Shown: positions 1-8,371 of the stretch, in pieces
Numbering within the stretch: position 1 is the stretch's first letter
How the letters are laid out: each line of letters begins with the position of its first letter
Virus record (IMG/VR): IMGVR_UViG_3300037047_000284
Location: 1-40,070 of that record
From: a virus
Lineage: Duplodnaviria > Caudoviricetes
DNA: 40,070 nucleotides
Strand: one strand, 5' to 3'
Position numbers and translations under genes: made by a program
Notes under the pieces: model-generated
Databases searched by the model: none
What the model saw: only the letters and a program-made list of their open reading frames with translations
What the model was told of the DNA's origin: nothing

Positions 1-1626
1 ATGTCAGGTATGGGTCTGGTCTATTCGTACAGTCGGTTTTCTGATCCCAGCCAGGCCAAGGGCCACAGTCTGGAGCGGCAGGCCGCTTATGCCGCCAAGT
101 GGGCCGCTGAGCATGGCCTGAAGCTGGATGAGGCGCTGTCGCTGCGCGATGAGGGCTTGTCCGCCTACCACCAGCGCCACGTCAAATCCGGCGCGCTGGG
201 CGTGTTTCTGGCTGCCGTGGAGGGCGGCAAAGTGCCGCCGGGCTCGGTGCTGGTGGTCGAAGGGCTGGACCGCCTCTCCCGGGCCGAGCCCATCCAGGCC
301 CAGGCCCAACTGGCCCAGATTGTAAATGCCGGCATCACCGTCGTCACCGCATCGGACGGCAAAGCCTACAGCCGCGAAAGGCTGAAGGCCAACCCGATGG
401 ACCTGGTCTATTCGCTGCTGGTCATGATCCGCGCCCACGAAGAGAGCGACACCAAGAGCAAGCGCGTGCGCGCCAGCATCGTGCGCCAGTGCCAGGGCTG
501 GCTCGACGGCACCTACCGCGGCCTCATCCGCAACGGCAAAGACCCGGTGTGGCTGCGCCTGGCCGCCGGCCGCTGGGAACTCATCCCCGAGCGCGCCGAA
601 GCCGTGCGCACCGGCATCGACCTCTACCGCCGCGGCCACAGCGCCACGCGCATCATCAACGAGCTGACCGAGCGCCAGCTGTCGCTCACCGGCCGCGGCC
701 CCCAGGCCCTGCAGATCTACCGGCTGATCCACCAGCGCGCCCTGATCGGCGAAAAAGAGATCGCGGTCGACGGCCGCGCCTACCGCCTGCCCGGCTACTA
801 CCCCGCCCTGCTCACCGAAGCCGAGTGGACCGATCTGCAAACCCTCGCCGGCACACGCGGGCGCCGCGCCCCGGCCGGGCCCGTGCCGGGCATCCTCACC
901 GGCATGCGCATCACCCGCTGCGGCTACTGCGGCCGCGCCCTGGTGGGCCAGAACATCGGCACCCGCAAGCGGCGCGAAGACGGCGGCATCCACGACGGCC
1001 ACCGCCGCCTGCACTGCACCAGCTACGCCAACGGCGGCTGCCCCGTGCCCGGGTCGTGCTCCGTCGCGCCCATCGAGCGCGCGCTCATGGGCTACTGCTC
1101 CGACATGGTCAACCTGCAGGCGCTCTACGGCGGCGATCGCGCGGCCGAACCGCGCGCGCGCCTGGCCAGGCTGCGCGCCGAGGCCGCCGAGCTGGGCACC
1201 CAGCTCGAACGCCTGACCGACGCCATGCTTCAGGCCGGCGCCGACGGCGGCACCCCGGCCACCTTCGTGCGCCGCGCGCGCGAACTCGAAGCCCGCCAGG
1301 CCGACAACGCCCGCGAGGCCGCCCAGGCCGAGCGCGACCTGTCCGCCGTGGCCCGCACAGACCTGACCGGCGCTGACGAAGCCTGGCGCGCGCTGGCGGC
1401 CGGCGTCGAAGCGCAAGACGATGACGCGCGCATCCAGGCGCGCCAGCTGGTGGCCGACACCTTTGAGCGCATCGTCGTCTACCGCCGCGGCGTGGACCCG
1501 GCCGCCACGCCCGCCGGCGTGATGGACGTGATGCTGCTGGCCAAGGGCGGCGCGATGCGCCTGCTGCGCATCAACGCGGCCGGCGCCGTGATCGCGGCCG
1601 ATGAGATGCTGCAGGGCGAGGGGTGA
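1..1626 (+). CDS. Large serine recombinase (phage integrase)
   Basis: N-terminal resolvase motif YSYSRFS...Q...SLERQ and VEGLDRLSR; recombinase domain; Zn ribbon CGYCG...C...C; coiled coil. Confidence 0.93.
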   Translation: MSGMGLVYSYSRFSDPSQAKGHSLERQAAYAAKWAAEHGLKLDEALSLRDEGLSAYHQRHVKSGALGVFLAAVEGGKVPPGSVLVVEGLDRLSRAEPIQAQAQLAQIVNAGITVVTASDGKAYSRERLKANPMDLVYSLLVMIRAHEESDTKSKRVRASIVRQCQGWLDGTYRGLIRNGKDPVWLRLAAGRWELIPERAEAVRTGIDLYRRGHSATRIINELTERQLSLTGRGPQALQIYRLIHQRALIGEKEIAVDGRAYRLPGYYPALLTEAEWTDLQTLAGTRGRRAPAGPVPGILTGMRITRCGYCGRALVGQNIGTRKRREDGGIHDGHRRLHCTSYANGGCPVPGSCSVAPIERALMGYCSDMVNLQALYGGDRAAEPRARLARLRAEAAELGTQLERLTDAMLQAGADGGTPATFVRRARELEARQADNAREAAQAERDLSAVARTDLTGADEAWRALAAGVEAQDDDARIQARQLVADTFERIVVYRRGVDPAATPAGVMDVMLLAKGGAMRLLRINAAGAVIAADEMLQGEG

Positions 1627-1647
1627 GCGAGCGGCACCCACAAACGC

Positions 1648-1682
1648 AAAAAAGCCCGCCAACCCCGTGAAGGGCAGGCGGG
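1648..1682 (-). terminator. Intrinsic terminator-like hairpin
   Basis: A6 followed by CCCGCC...GGCGGG stem between convergent genes. Confidence 0.5.
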
Positions 1683-1763
1683 AAAAACCGGGAGTCCCTG
1701 AACAAGAACCCGGCGGAGACAACTGCGAAAAATCGGGAGTCAGCGAAGTCGTGCTCTCCAATG

Positions 1764-1790
1764 AAAAAGCCCGCACAGTGCGGGCTTGTT
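1764..1790 (-). terminator. Intrinsic terminator ending the late operon, possibly bidirectional
   Basis: AAGCCCGCAC-A-GTGCGGGCTT inverted repeat flanked by A5 and TTGTT. Confidence 0.75.
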
Positions 1791-1843
1791 GGGGTGTCGG
1801 TGCAGACTGGATCGGGGTTGGTGGTTATGCTGGGTGCTGGTGG

Positions 1844-3319
1844 CTACGCCATACCCCGTGCGTTCATCCACAAATACACCTGTGGGGCAGCATATGCTTT
1901 TGCAGTGGTATTCAGGTGTAACCCGTCAGTTGACCACGTTGCATTGATTGCATCATTTGTGCCACCGCTTGCGGCCACCATCAGCGAACGAATGTCCAAA
2001 TAGTTGTCGGGATATTTAGCGGCAAGTGCAGCGTTCAAAGCGATTATCTGCCCGTGTGCGACAGACCCGCTGTTTTCTGTGCCGTCCTGCTTATTGATAA
2101 TTGATAGCACAACGAATCTGCGGTGCCCAAAACTCTCAACCATCGCCTGAATATCAGCCAACACAGTATCTTGCTGCGTAAAGTTATTCCGGCCAGCCCA
2201 TACCACCTGCGCCCAATCACTTCTGTTTGTGTCAGCAATAGCCCTTGCTTTAATTTGGGTTGATGTTTCTCCTCCGACTCCGCCGTTGAACACACCACCC
2301 CGAGGATACCGGCCAAATCGGAAGACCTCTGTAAGATCCGAGGCCGCGCCAATCCCGGCAGTTAGTGAATCTCCCCAAAACGCTACAGGGAGCTCACCGG
2401 CAGATATATCAAGGGCCTGCTTTGCAGTCATTGACAGTGGGTAAATTCGGATACGCTTGATCCAGCCAGTGAAGTATGTCGGCCCCGTAGATGCGTATCC
2501 AATGTCAAGGCGCACAAGGCCGCTTGGCTTATTTCCAGCAAAGACAGAAGTAATATATTGACCGTTTTCTGCCAGGTGAAATACTGAGTTTGCGACGCTA
2601 ATTACCTGTCTCCTGGTTCCGCCATGCCACGCACCAACACCCCCTAACTGCTGGTTGACGACAACGGTTCCGCCTGACTGGACTACGAAAGCGGCATTGT
2701 AATTAGATGAGCGGTCAATTTGAACCCTATTCGTCACTGCTCCGCTGGATAGCTGGATGACAGGACCAGCGCCAGCGAGTGAGTTTGGCACTTCTGTGTC
2801 AACGACAATAGTAAAACCACTTGCTCCTAGCAGCGCCGAAACGTCAGCAATCGATAGTTGACCGCTGTTCGCGGACTTGTACCCGAACGGAACAAGCCCA
2901 GCATTTGGGATATTGTTCGTAGACCTGTCAAAAGCTGGAACGTTCTCCGCCGCAGATGCTGCGGCACCAAGTCGGTTTGTGTAGCTCTCCGTCCCGGTGC
3001 GTGCGTATGTTTCAACGCCAGCGAGTGCCATCAACTCGGCGTAATTCAAGTCGAGACTCGGCACGGGCTCTGCCGTACGTTGCCCAGATTTCACAATGTC
3101 AGTCACGCCGATGACACCAATCCCAGCCCGAACCGCAGCCCGCTGCACGCTGGTAGGCTCAGACCTGCCGATGGCTAGGCCGGTGGTGGGGTCGAGGGTG
3201 ACGGTCTGGGAAAAGTTCGGGAACAGCTGCTCGCTGCCGTCCGGGTCTTGAATGCCGACGATGTCACCCGTGGCGTTGTCGTAAAGGTACGGGCTGTCGC
3301 TCTTTTTGTGATAGGCCAT
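1844..3319 (-). CDS. Beta-sandwich (LamG/ConA-like) plus SGNH/GDSL hydrolase, probably a virion-associated esterase (491 aa)
   Basis: SGNH blocks FWGDSLT, NGGVGGETS, WAGRNN, DGLH; RBS GAGAGGA before ATG 3319; GC visibly lower than flanks after the first ~50 codons. Confidence 0.75.
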   Translation of the reverse strand: MAYHKKSDSPYLYDNATGDIVGIQDPDGSEQLFPNFSQTVTLDPTTGLAIGRSEPTSVQRAAVRAGIGVIGVTDIVKSGQRTAEPVPSLDLNYAELMALAGVETYARTGTESYTNRLGAAASAAENVPAFDRSTNNIPNAGLVPFGYKSANSGQLSIADVSALLGASGFTIVVDTEVPNSLAGAGPVIQLSSGAVTNRVQIDRSSNYNAAFVVQSGGTVVVNQQLGGVGAWHGGTRRQVISVANSVFHLAENGQYITSVFAGNKPSGLVRLDIGYASTGPTYFTGWIKRIRIYPLSMTAKQALDISAGELPVAFWGDSLTAGIGAASDLTEVFRFGRYPRGGVFNGGVGGETSTQIKARAIADTNRSDWAQVVWAGRNNFTQQDTVLADIQAMVESFGHRRFVVLSIINKQDGTENSGSVAHGQIIALNAALAAKYPDNYLDIRSLMVAASGGTNDAINATWSTDGLHLNTTAKAYAAPQVYLWMNARGMA

Positions 3320-3359
3320 ATCAATTCCTCTCTTTTGGTTTTGGCGGTGGGCTGGTGGA

Positions 3360-3938
3360 TCAGGGGTTGACGCTGGCGGCGCTGGCCGGCATGAGCACGC
3401 TGGCGCCATCGGGCGTCACGGCCAACACGCCGGGCTGCATGACGATGGGGTGTTTCGCCTGCGCCTGCGTGGCGATCTGGTACGAGGCGGCCTGGCCGCT
3501 GTTGATGACGCTGGCCACCTGCTCGATGCCGAATTTCATGAGCGCGAACTGCATGCCTTTTTCGGCCAGGGCCTGGGCAATCTCTTCGGGTGCCGCGGGC
3601 ACGCGGCTCATGAGGTCGCGCGCCAGGCTGGGCGCGAAGGCGGTGAGCATGTTGCTCTGCGTGCGCAGGCCCATGGCCATGACGGTGCAGCCTTCGGCGC
3701 TGCTGGGCTCGGCCACCTTCTGGATCTGGCCTTCCTTGCCCGGCACCAGCGCATAGCCGGCGGCGCGCAGGTAGCAGGCGTGGATTGCGCTGAGGTCGTG
3801 GCCGGCCTGCAGCAGGATGTTGTCCTGAAACTCTTTGGCGCGGTCGGTGTTGGCGTCGGTGGCGACCTTGAAGCCGCTGGTCTCGCAGCCGGCCAGGGCC
3901 AGGGTGGCGATCAGGGCGAGTGCGGCGGCGGTCTTCAT
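3360..3938 (-). CDS. Lipoprotein of unknown function in the lysis region
   Basis: Signal peptide with lipobox LAG-C (MKTAAALALIATLALAGC). Confidence 0.75.
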   Translation of the reverse strand: MKTAAALALIATLALAGCETSGFKVATDANTDRAKEFQDNILLQAGHDLSAIHACYLRAAGYALVPGKEGQIQKVAEPSSAEGCTVMAMGLRTQSNMLTAFAPSLARDLMSRVPAAPEEIAQALAEKGMQFALMKFGIEQVASVINSGQAASYQIATQAQAKHPIVMQPGVLAVTPDGASVLMPASAASVNP

Positions 3939-3945
3939 GGCCGGA

Positions 3946-4197
3946 TCACTCCGCGGCGGCGACGGTGGCGGCCGGCTTGCCGATGTTCATGAGCTTCACC
4001 ACGGCGGCCACGGCGGTTTCGATGGCGGGCCAGATGGCGGTGATGCCGGCGTCAACCGACACCATGATCTCGCGCAGGGCGGCGAGCTTGTCTTTGCCGG
4101 CGCCGCTGGCCGGCAGGGCTTCTTCCAGAGCCTTGACGGCGGAGACGATGGCGGGCAGCAGCCGCAGGATGGTCATGATGGTGTTGAGGGCGTTCAT
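3946..4197 (-). CDS. Small hydrophobic protein (holin or lysis accessory-like)
   Basis: 83 aa, amphipathic/hydrophobic; RBS AAGGA; within lysis cluster. Confidence 0.6.
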   Translation of the reverse strand: MNALNTIMTILRLLPAIVSAVKALEEALPASGAGKDKLAALREIMVSVDAGITAIWPAIETAVAAVVKLMNIGKPAATVAAAE

Positions 4198-4267
4198 GGG
4201 AAAGGTCCTTTCGGTGGGGGTTGGGTGGTGGATTCAAAACTTGCAGGAAAAACCGAGGTGGTCGACC

Positions 4268-4591
4268 TCAGCCGCGGTAATCAGGCCCATCGCCGTGAAC
4301 TGGTCCGGCAGGTGGTAGGGGCGGAGCGTCGCCCACGGGCGGCAGTCCAATCTTGTCTGTGGTGGTAAGGGTGAGCACCCAGTTGACAAGAGCAATGAGG
4401 CCCACAGCAACAGCCGTGGCAGTGTCTGCATCCATGGGTAGCGCATAGCCAAAAGCCTCCAGTGCGTGCAGGGCGGCCACGATGACGGCGGCCACGGAGG
4501 TTGCTTCGATCTGACGGGTTTTCCAGAGGGCCGGGTCGGCCACCATGGAGCCACGGCGGAACAGGGTGATCAGGGCGGTGAGTCGGTTCAT
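4268..4591 (-). CDS. Small two-TM membrane protein (holin-like)
   Basis: Two hydrophobic segments; directly downstream of endolysin; RBS AAGGA. Confidence 0.6.
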   Translation of the reverse strand: MNRLTALITLFRRGSMVADPALWKTRQIEATSVAAVIVAALHALEAFGYALPMDADTATAVAVGLIALVNWVLTLTTTDKIGLPPVGDAPPLPPAGPVHGDGPDYRG

Positions 4592-4626
4592 GGGCGGGAT
4601 TCCTTGCGATGGTGGTGGTGGGGCCG

Positions 4627-5271
4627 TCAGGCGAAGGCCTGCAGGGCTTGGGCGTAGAGCGCGGTGCGCTCGGCCAGGCCGTTGGCGCCGCCGTTGATGA
4701 CCTGGGTCATGCCGGGCACGTCGCCGCGGTCGGCCAATTCGTTGAGGTGGTGCGCTGACCAGAACCAGCCGGCGGACAAGGCCGCGTTCACCGGCATGAG
4801 CAGCCGGTCGGGGTACGACAGCAGGTCTTCGCCGATGGCGGCGCCGCAGCGGTCGTAATTGCGCCGGCCGGTGAGCTGCTTAAGGCCGCGGCCGCGGAAG
4901 CGCCAGCCGTCGCCGTTGACGAAGTTGCCCAGGTTGACGCGGCCCCACTCGCCGCCATAGACGGTGTTGGCAATGCCTTCCTGGTGGGCCGGGTGGGCGG
5001 CGCTGCGACCCAGGCGCTGCGCGTCGGCGGCGCTGATGCGGTGGCGGCGGAACGTCTTGAGCAGGCCGTCGACGCTGTAGTTCAGGTTTTCCTCCAGCCG
5101 CTCCAGGCGGGTGGATTCGTGGCCGATCTGGCTCAGGAAGCCGGCGATGCGGTGCGGCGTGGTGATGTCAAACGCCTTCATGGTGCCCTGCAGGTAGGGC
5201 ATGAACAGCTCGGCGCGCGCGGCGCTGCAGCCGGTGGCGCTCATGAGCTGCTGGCGGGTCAGGAGCATCAT
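4627..5271 (-). CDS. Endolysin, glycoside hydrolase family 19
   Basis: FLSQIGHES, EENLNYS, GDGWRFRGRGLKQLTGRRNY, INGGANGLAER motifs; start overlaps holin stop. Confidence 0.92.
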   Translation of the reverse strand: MMLLTRQQLMSATGCSAARAELFMPYLQGTMKAFDITTPHRIAGFLSQIGHESTRLERLEENLNYSVDGLLKTFRRHRISAADAQRLGRSAAHPAHQEGIANTVYGGEWGRVNLGNFVNGDGWRFRGRGLKQLTGRRNYDRCGAAIGEDLLSYPDRLLMPVNAALSAGWFWSAHHLNELADRGDVPGMTQVINGGANGLAERTALYAQALQAFA

Positions 5272-5513
5272 CACAGGTCGCCCTTGCGGCTGGCCATGCG
5301 ATCCATGCGGCGCTGGTGCTCGCGCTCCTCGCGCTTGTCGCGCTTGTGCTGAAAATACAGATTGGTGAGCAAAACCAACACACCAATCAGCAGGCCGGCG
5401 AACACGCCAAACTCGCTCGACAGCAGCCAGCTGCCAACTGTGGTGGTGGCGCCTGTGTAGGCAACTTTGCTCCCGAAGGTGGCGGCGGTGGCATCGATGG
5501 CGTCCCGGTTCAT
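5271..5513 (-). CDS. Holin (80 aa)
   Basis: TM segment FGVFAGLLIGVLVLLTNLYF followed by a charged C-terminal tail; immediately upstream of endolysin. Confidence 0.8.
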   Translation of the reverse strand: MNRDAIDATAATFGSKVAYTGATTTVGSWLLSSEFGVFAGLLIGVLVLLTNLYFQHKRDKREEREHQRRMDRMASRKGDL

Positions 5514-6034
5514 GCAAGTGCTTCCTCTGTGATTTTTTTGAAAAATTCGGCGGTCACATCGCGCGCGCCCGGCTGGTCCATCACCCAGGCCATGAAGCCG
5601 GCGGGCGGCATCTTGTGCGGGTCGGTCTGGCCGAGCGCGGCGCCACAGGCTTCGTTGCAGAACCATTCGTCATCGGCCTGGCCGATGCCCATGAGCACCG
5701 AGCCCGGCGCACCTCGGCGGTCGTAGCGCTCGCCCTGGTGCTTGAAGAACCACGCGGCAGCGGTCTGCGGGTTGCGGTCGGCGGTGTCAGGAATGTCCAC
5801 GGCCATCCAGTGCGCCGGGTTGAGCGCCACGTCGAGCTTGATGCGCACGCCGCCCGAGTCCATGAGGGTGGCGCTGGCGATGTCGGCGGCGCGGCAGTCG
5901 CCGTCGATCAGCAGCTCGGTGTGCGTGACGCGGTGGTAGGTGCGCCCGATCTGCGCCAGGCGGATCAGCGCCCAGCCGATGCGGGCGCTGAAGGTTTTTT
6001 CTTTGCTGTCGCCGATGTAGCCCAGGACGATCAT
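5510..6034 (-). CDS. Permuted papain-like (NlpC/P60 superfamily) protein
   Basis: His (HTEL) precedes Cys (WFCNE), with G-x-x-YD motif; ATGA overlaps with neighbours. Confidence 0.65.
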   Translation of the reverse strand: MIVLGYIGDSKEKTFSARIGWALIRLAQIGRTYHRVTHTELLIDGDCRAADIASATLMDSGGVRIKLDVALNPAHWMAVDIPDTADRNPQTAAAWFFKHQGERYDRRGAPGSVLMGIGQADDEWFCNEACGAALGQTDPHKMPPAGFMAWVMDQPGARDVTAEFFKKITEEALA

Positions 6035-6471
6035 TCGGCGCCACCGTAGCCCTCTGGCCAGCCGGCCGACCAGTCGTAAGCCTCGGGGTTGTCGCTCGCC
6101 AGCACGGCGGCGCGGTGCGTCTCGGCCACGCCGAACACCTGCATGTCCCACAAGGCCGTGGCCTGGAAGATCTGCTGCGCCAGCGTGGGCGTCATGTCGA
6201 CCAGTCCGTTGTCTTTCACCTTCCATTTGAGGCCGGCGGGCAGGCTCGCGCCCATCATCACCAGCCCGATCTGCTGGATGCGGCTGTCGGCGTCGGAATG
6301 GAACCAGTGCGCGCCGACCAGCACGCCGCTGGACTTCAGGGCTTCGCGTTTGGCTTTGATCTGCTCCCAGGCGGCGGCGCGGCGGGCTTCGATGCTGGGG
6401 CCTGGGCCGGGCGGCAGGTCGGGCAGCTCGGTCGTCTGGCCGGTCTGTGCGTTGTATTCGGTGCGTGCCAT
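6031..6471 (-). CDS. Tail fibre assembly protein (DUF4376-like)
   Basis: WEQIKAKRE...WFHSDADSRIQQIGL...WK..DN...YDWSAGWP pattern; follows tail fibre gene. Confidence 0.8.
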   Translation of the reverse strand: MARTEYNAQTGQTTELPDLPPGPGPSIEARRAAAWEQIKAKREALKSSGVLVGAHWFHSDADSRIQQIGLVMMGASLPAGLKWKVKDNGLVDMTPTLAQQIFQATALWDMQVFGVAETHRAAVLASDNPEAYDWSAGWPEGYGGAE

Positions 6472-6473
6472 GT

Positions 6474-7439
6474 TCAGCTCCAGGTGGCCCAGATGGATCC
6501 GATGCCATCAAAGTTGTCGGTGCCGCTACGGGCAATACCAACACGGTCAAGAGCACCAGGAAGGTCTATGAAGCCCGTCACCACAAGGCCAACAGCCGTC
6601 TGCCGAGAAATGAGGCCACTGACGATCCAGCGGTTGGTCCCTGGCTTCCTGCGAAACACAATGGTTCCGCGCATGGCGTTGGCCGCAGAGTTGTTGTTGA
6701 TTGCAATTCCAGAGGTCGACGTCGCGGTGGTGCTGAGCAGTAGGTCGTGCGACCCGCTCTCGGTGTACCCGGACACCACCATGCCGGCGGCGGTGCCAGC
6801 TTGAGCCAGCACCGGGTTGGCGCCAGTCATGCTCACGGCGTCAATGTGAAGCTCAACCACAGTGGCGTATGCCGGGATCCCGCTGATTGAGTGCGCAGTC
6901 CCGGAGGCCGCGGCAATGGCCGGAGAGGCCTGGGGCTTGGCCGGCACCCACTCGGTGCCATTCCAGATCTCGTTACAGACCAGTGTGCTGTTGAAACGCG
7001 TGTAACCAGCAATAGGCGAGGCATCGCGCTGCGCCGTGGTGCCGACGGGCATCTTCGCACTGCCAGTGGAGCCGGTGACACCGACCACATCCGCCGCTGC
7101 CAGCGGCGTGACGTCTTGCCACGAGGCCGACACACCGGGCGTCTCGGCCGTCACGTCGGCCACGTCGGCCAGCAGGATCCAGAGCTTGCCGGCGTGGGAC
7201 ACAGACGCGGGGATGGGCAGCGCGCCCGTCAGGCCAGACCACGCGCCGAGGAAGTTGGCGATGGACGCCGCCGCCATCGCGTTGGTGTAGGTGTCATCGG
7301 CCAGCGTGTTCATGCCCGGGCGCAGGGTTTCGCGCATCCAGCGGTGCATTTCGGCCATGCGCGCGCCCCAGGTGCCGAGGTCGTCGGGGTCGGGCAGCGG
7401 CAGCGATGCGTCGGGCACCGCGGTAACGGGGGTGGTCAT
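6474..7439 (-). CDS. Tail fibre / receptor-binding protein
   Basis: Position; PVGTTAQR...RFNST...WNGTEW fibre motif; C-terminal part lower in GC. Confidence 0.7.
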   Translation of the reverse strand: MTTPVTAVPDASLPLPDPDDLGTWGARMAEMHRWMRETLRPGMNTLADDTYTNAMAAASIANFLGAWSGLTGALPIPASVSHAGKLWILLADVADVTAETPGVSASWQDVTPLAAADVVGVTGSTGSAKMPVGTTAQRDASPIAGYTRFNSTLVCNEIWNGTEWVPAKPQASPAIAAASGTAHSISGIPAYATVVELHIDAVSMTGANPVLAQAGTAAGMVVSGYTESGSHDLLLSTTATSTSGIAINNNSAANAMRGTIVFRRKPGTNRWIVSGLISRQTAVGLVVTGFIDLPGALDRVGIARSGTDNFDGIGSIWATWS

Positions 7440-8371
7440 ACGAGTCCTCGGGAATTGATGGAAAGCTTGCTGTGGTTGCTGCCCTCAGACACCACCTCGG
7501 CACTCACAAGGCCGAAGGTGCTGAGGTATTCGTCATGCGGCAGATCGCTCAGGCTCAACACGCAGGGCTTGCCGGCCATGCGGTCGATCACGCGCTTGGC
7601 GCGCGCCGCGGCCGAGCGATCACAGATCACGTCGGCCCGCAGGTCGGTGGCCACACGGCCGCGCACGATGGTGGTGTCGCCGAAGTCGTTGACGGTGATG
7701 CGCGAGTAGTCCACCGGGCTGGCCGATGCGCCCTGCACCGTGAGGCCCAGGCTTTCGTAACGCCCCACCGCCAGGATGCCGAGCGCCACATCGGCTTCGC
7801 CGGTGAGCGTGAGCACCAGCTCGCAGGCCGATGACAGAAACAGCTCGCGGAAGTCCATGCGGTCCTTGGTGAACGGCATGTCGAAGTAGTACGACACCCA
7901 GAGGTCGCCCGCCCAGCCCACGCCGCTGATCTCAATATCTCGGACCTTGTTGCCGCCCGGCGCGTCCCACTGTTCCAGGCGCGCGGCGCTCAGGCCGTCG
8001 AGCCCGAACAACACCACGTCAGACACGGCGCCCGGCCGCAGCGTCACGGTGAGCGGCGAAGCGCCCACGGTGCGGGTGCTCTTGTATTTGTCGGCCAGGG
8101 CCCATTTGTTGGTCGGGCGCACGCCCGTGCCCCAGCGCACCGGGTCCAGCCGCGGGGCCTTGTTGGACACGCCGCCCGCGCCGTCCTGGTAGACCATGTG
8201 CGACACGGTGTCGATCACGTAGACGCCCGCGGTGTAGGTGGTGCCCGTCACCCAGGCCACCTCGCCCACCGTGCCGTCTGGCATGACGGCGGCCGGGTCG
8301 GGCTCGGTGATCGAGCAGTCGGTGTACACCGCGTCGGTGATGTCGACACCGTCGAGCAGGCGTGCGGTCAT
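7436..8371 (-). CDS. Minor tail (tail-tip) protein
   Basis: Directly after tape measure with ATGA coupling; C-terminal DYSR...DFG motif. Confidence 0.65.
   Translation of the reverse strand: MTARLLDGVDITDAVYTDCSITEPDPAAVMPDGTVGEVAWVTGTTYTAGVYVIDTVSHMVYQDGAGGVSNKAPRLDPVRWGTGVRPTNKWALADKYKSTRTVGASPLTVTLRPGAVSDVVLFGLDGLSAARLEQWDAPGGNKVRDIEISGVGWAGDLWVSYYFDMPFTKDRMDFRELFLSSACELVLTLTGEADVALGILAVGRYESLGLTVQGASASPVDYSRITVNDFGDTTIVRGRVATDLRADVICDRSAAARAKRVIDRMAGKPCVLSLSDLPHDEYLSTFGLVSAEVVSEGSNHSKLSINSRGLV

Noticed and set aside
1627-1843. attP/att site or tRNA next to the serine integrase
   Set aside because: Only terminator hairpins are evident; no cloverleaf, and serine-integrase att sites cannot be called without flanking sequence
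6474-7439. Diversity-generating retroelement or invertible tail-fibre system
   Set aside because: No reverse transcriptase, template/variable repeat pair or dedicated invertase seen
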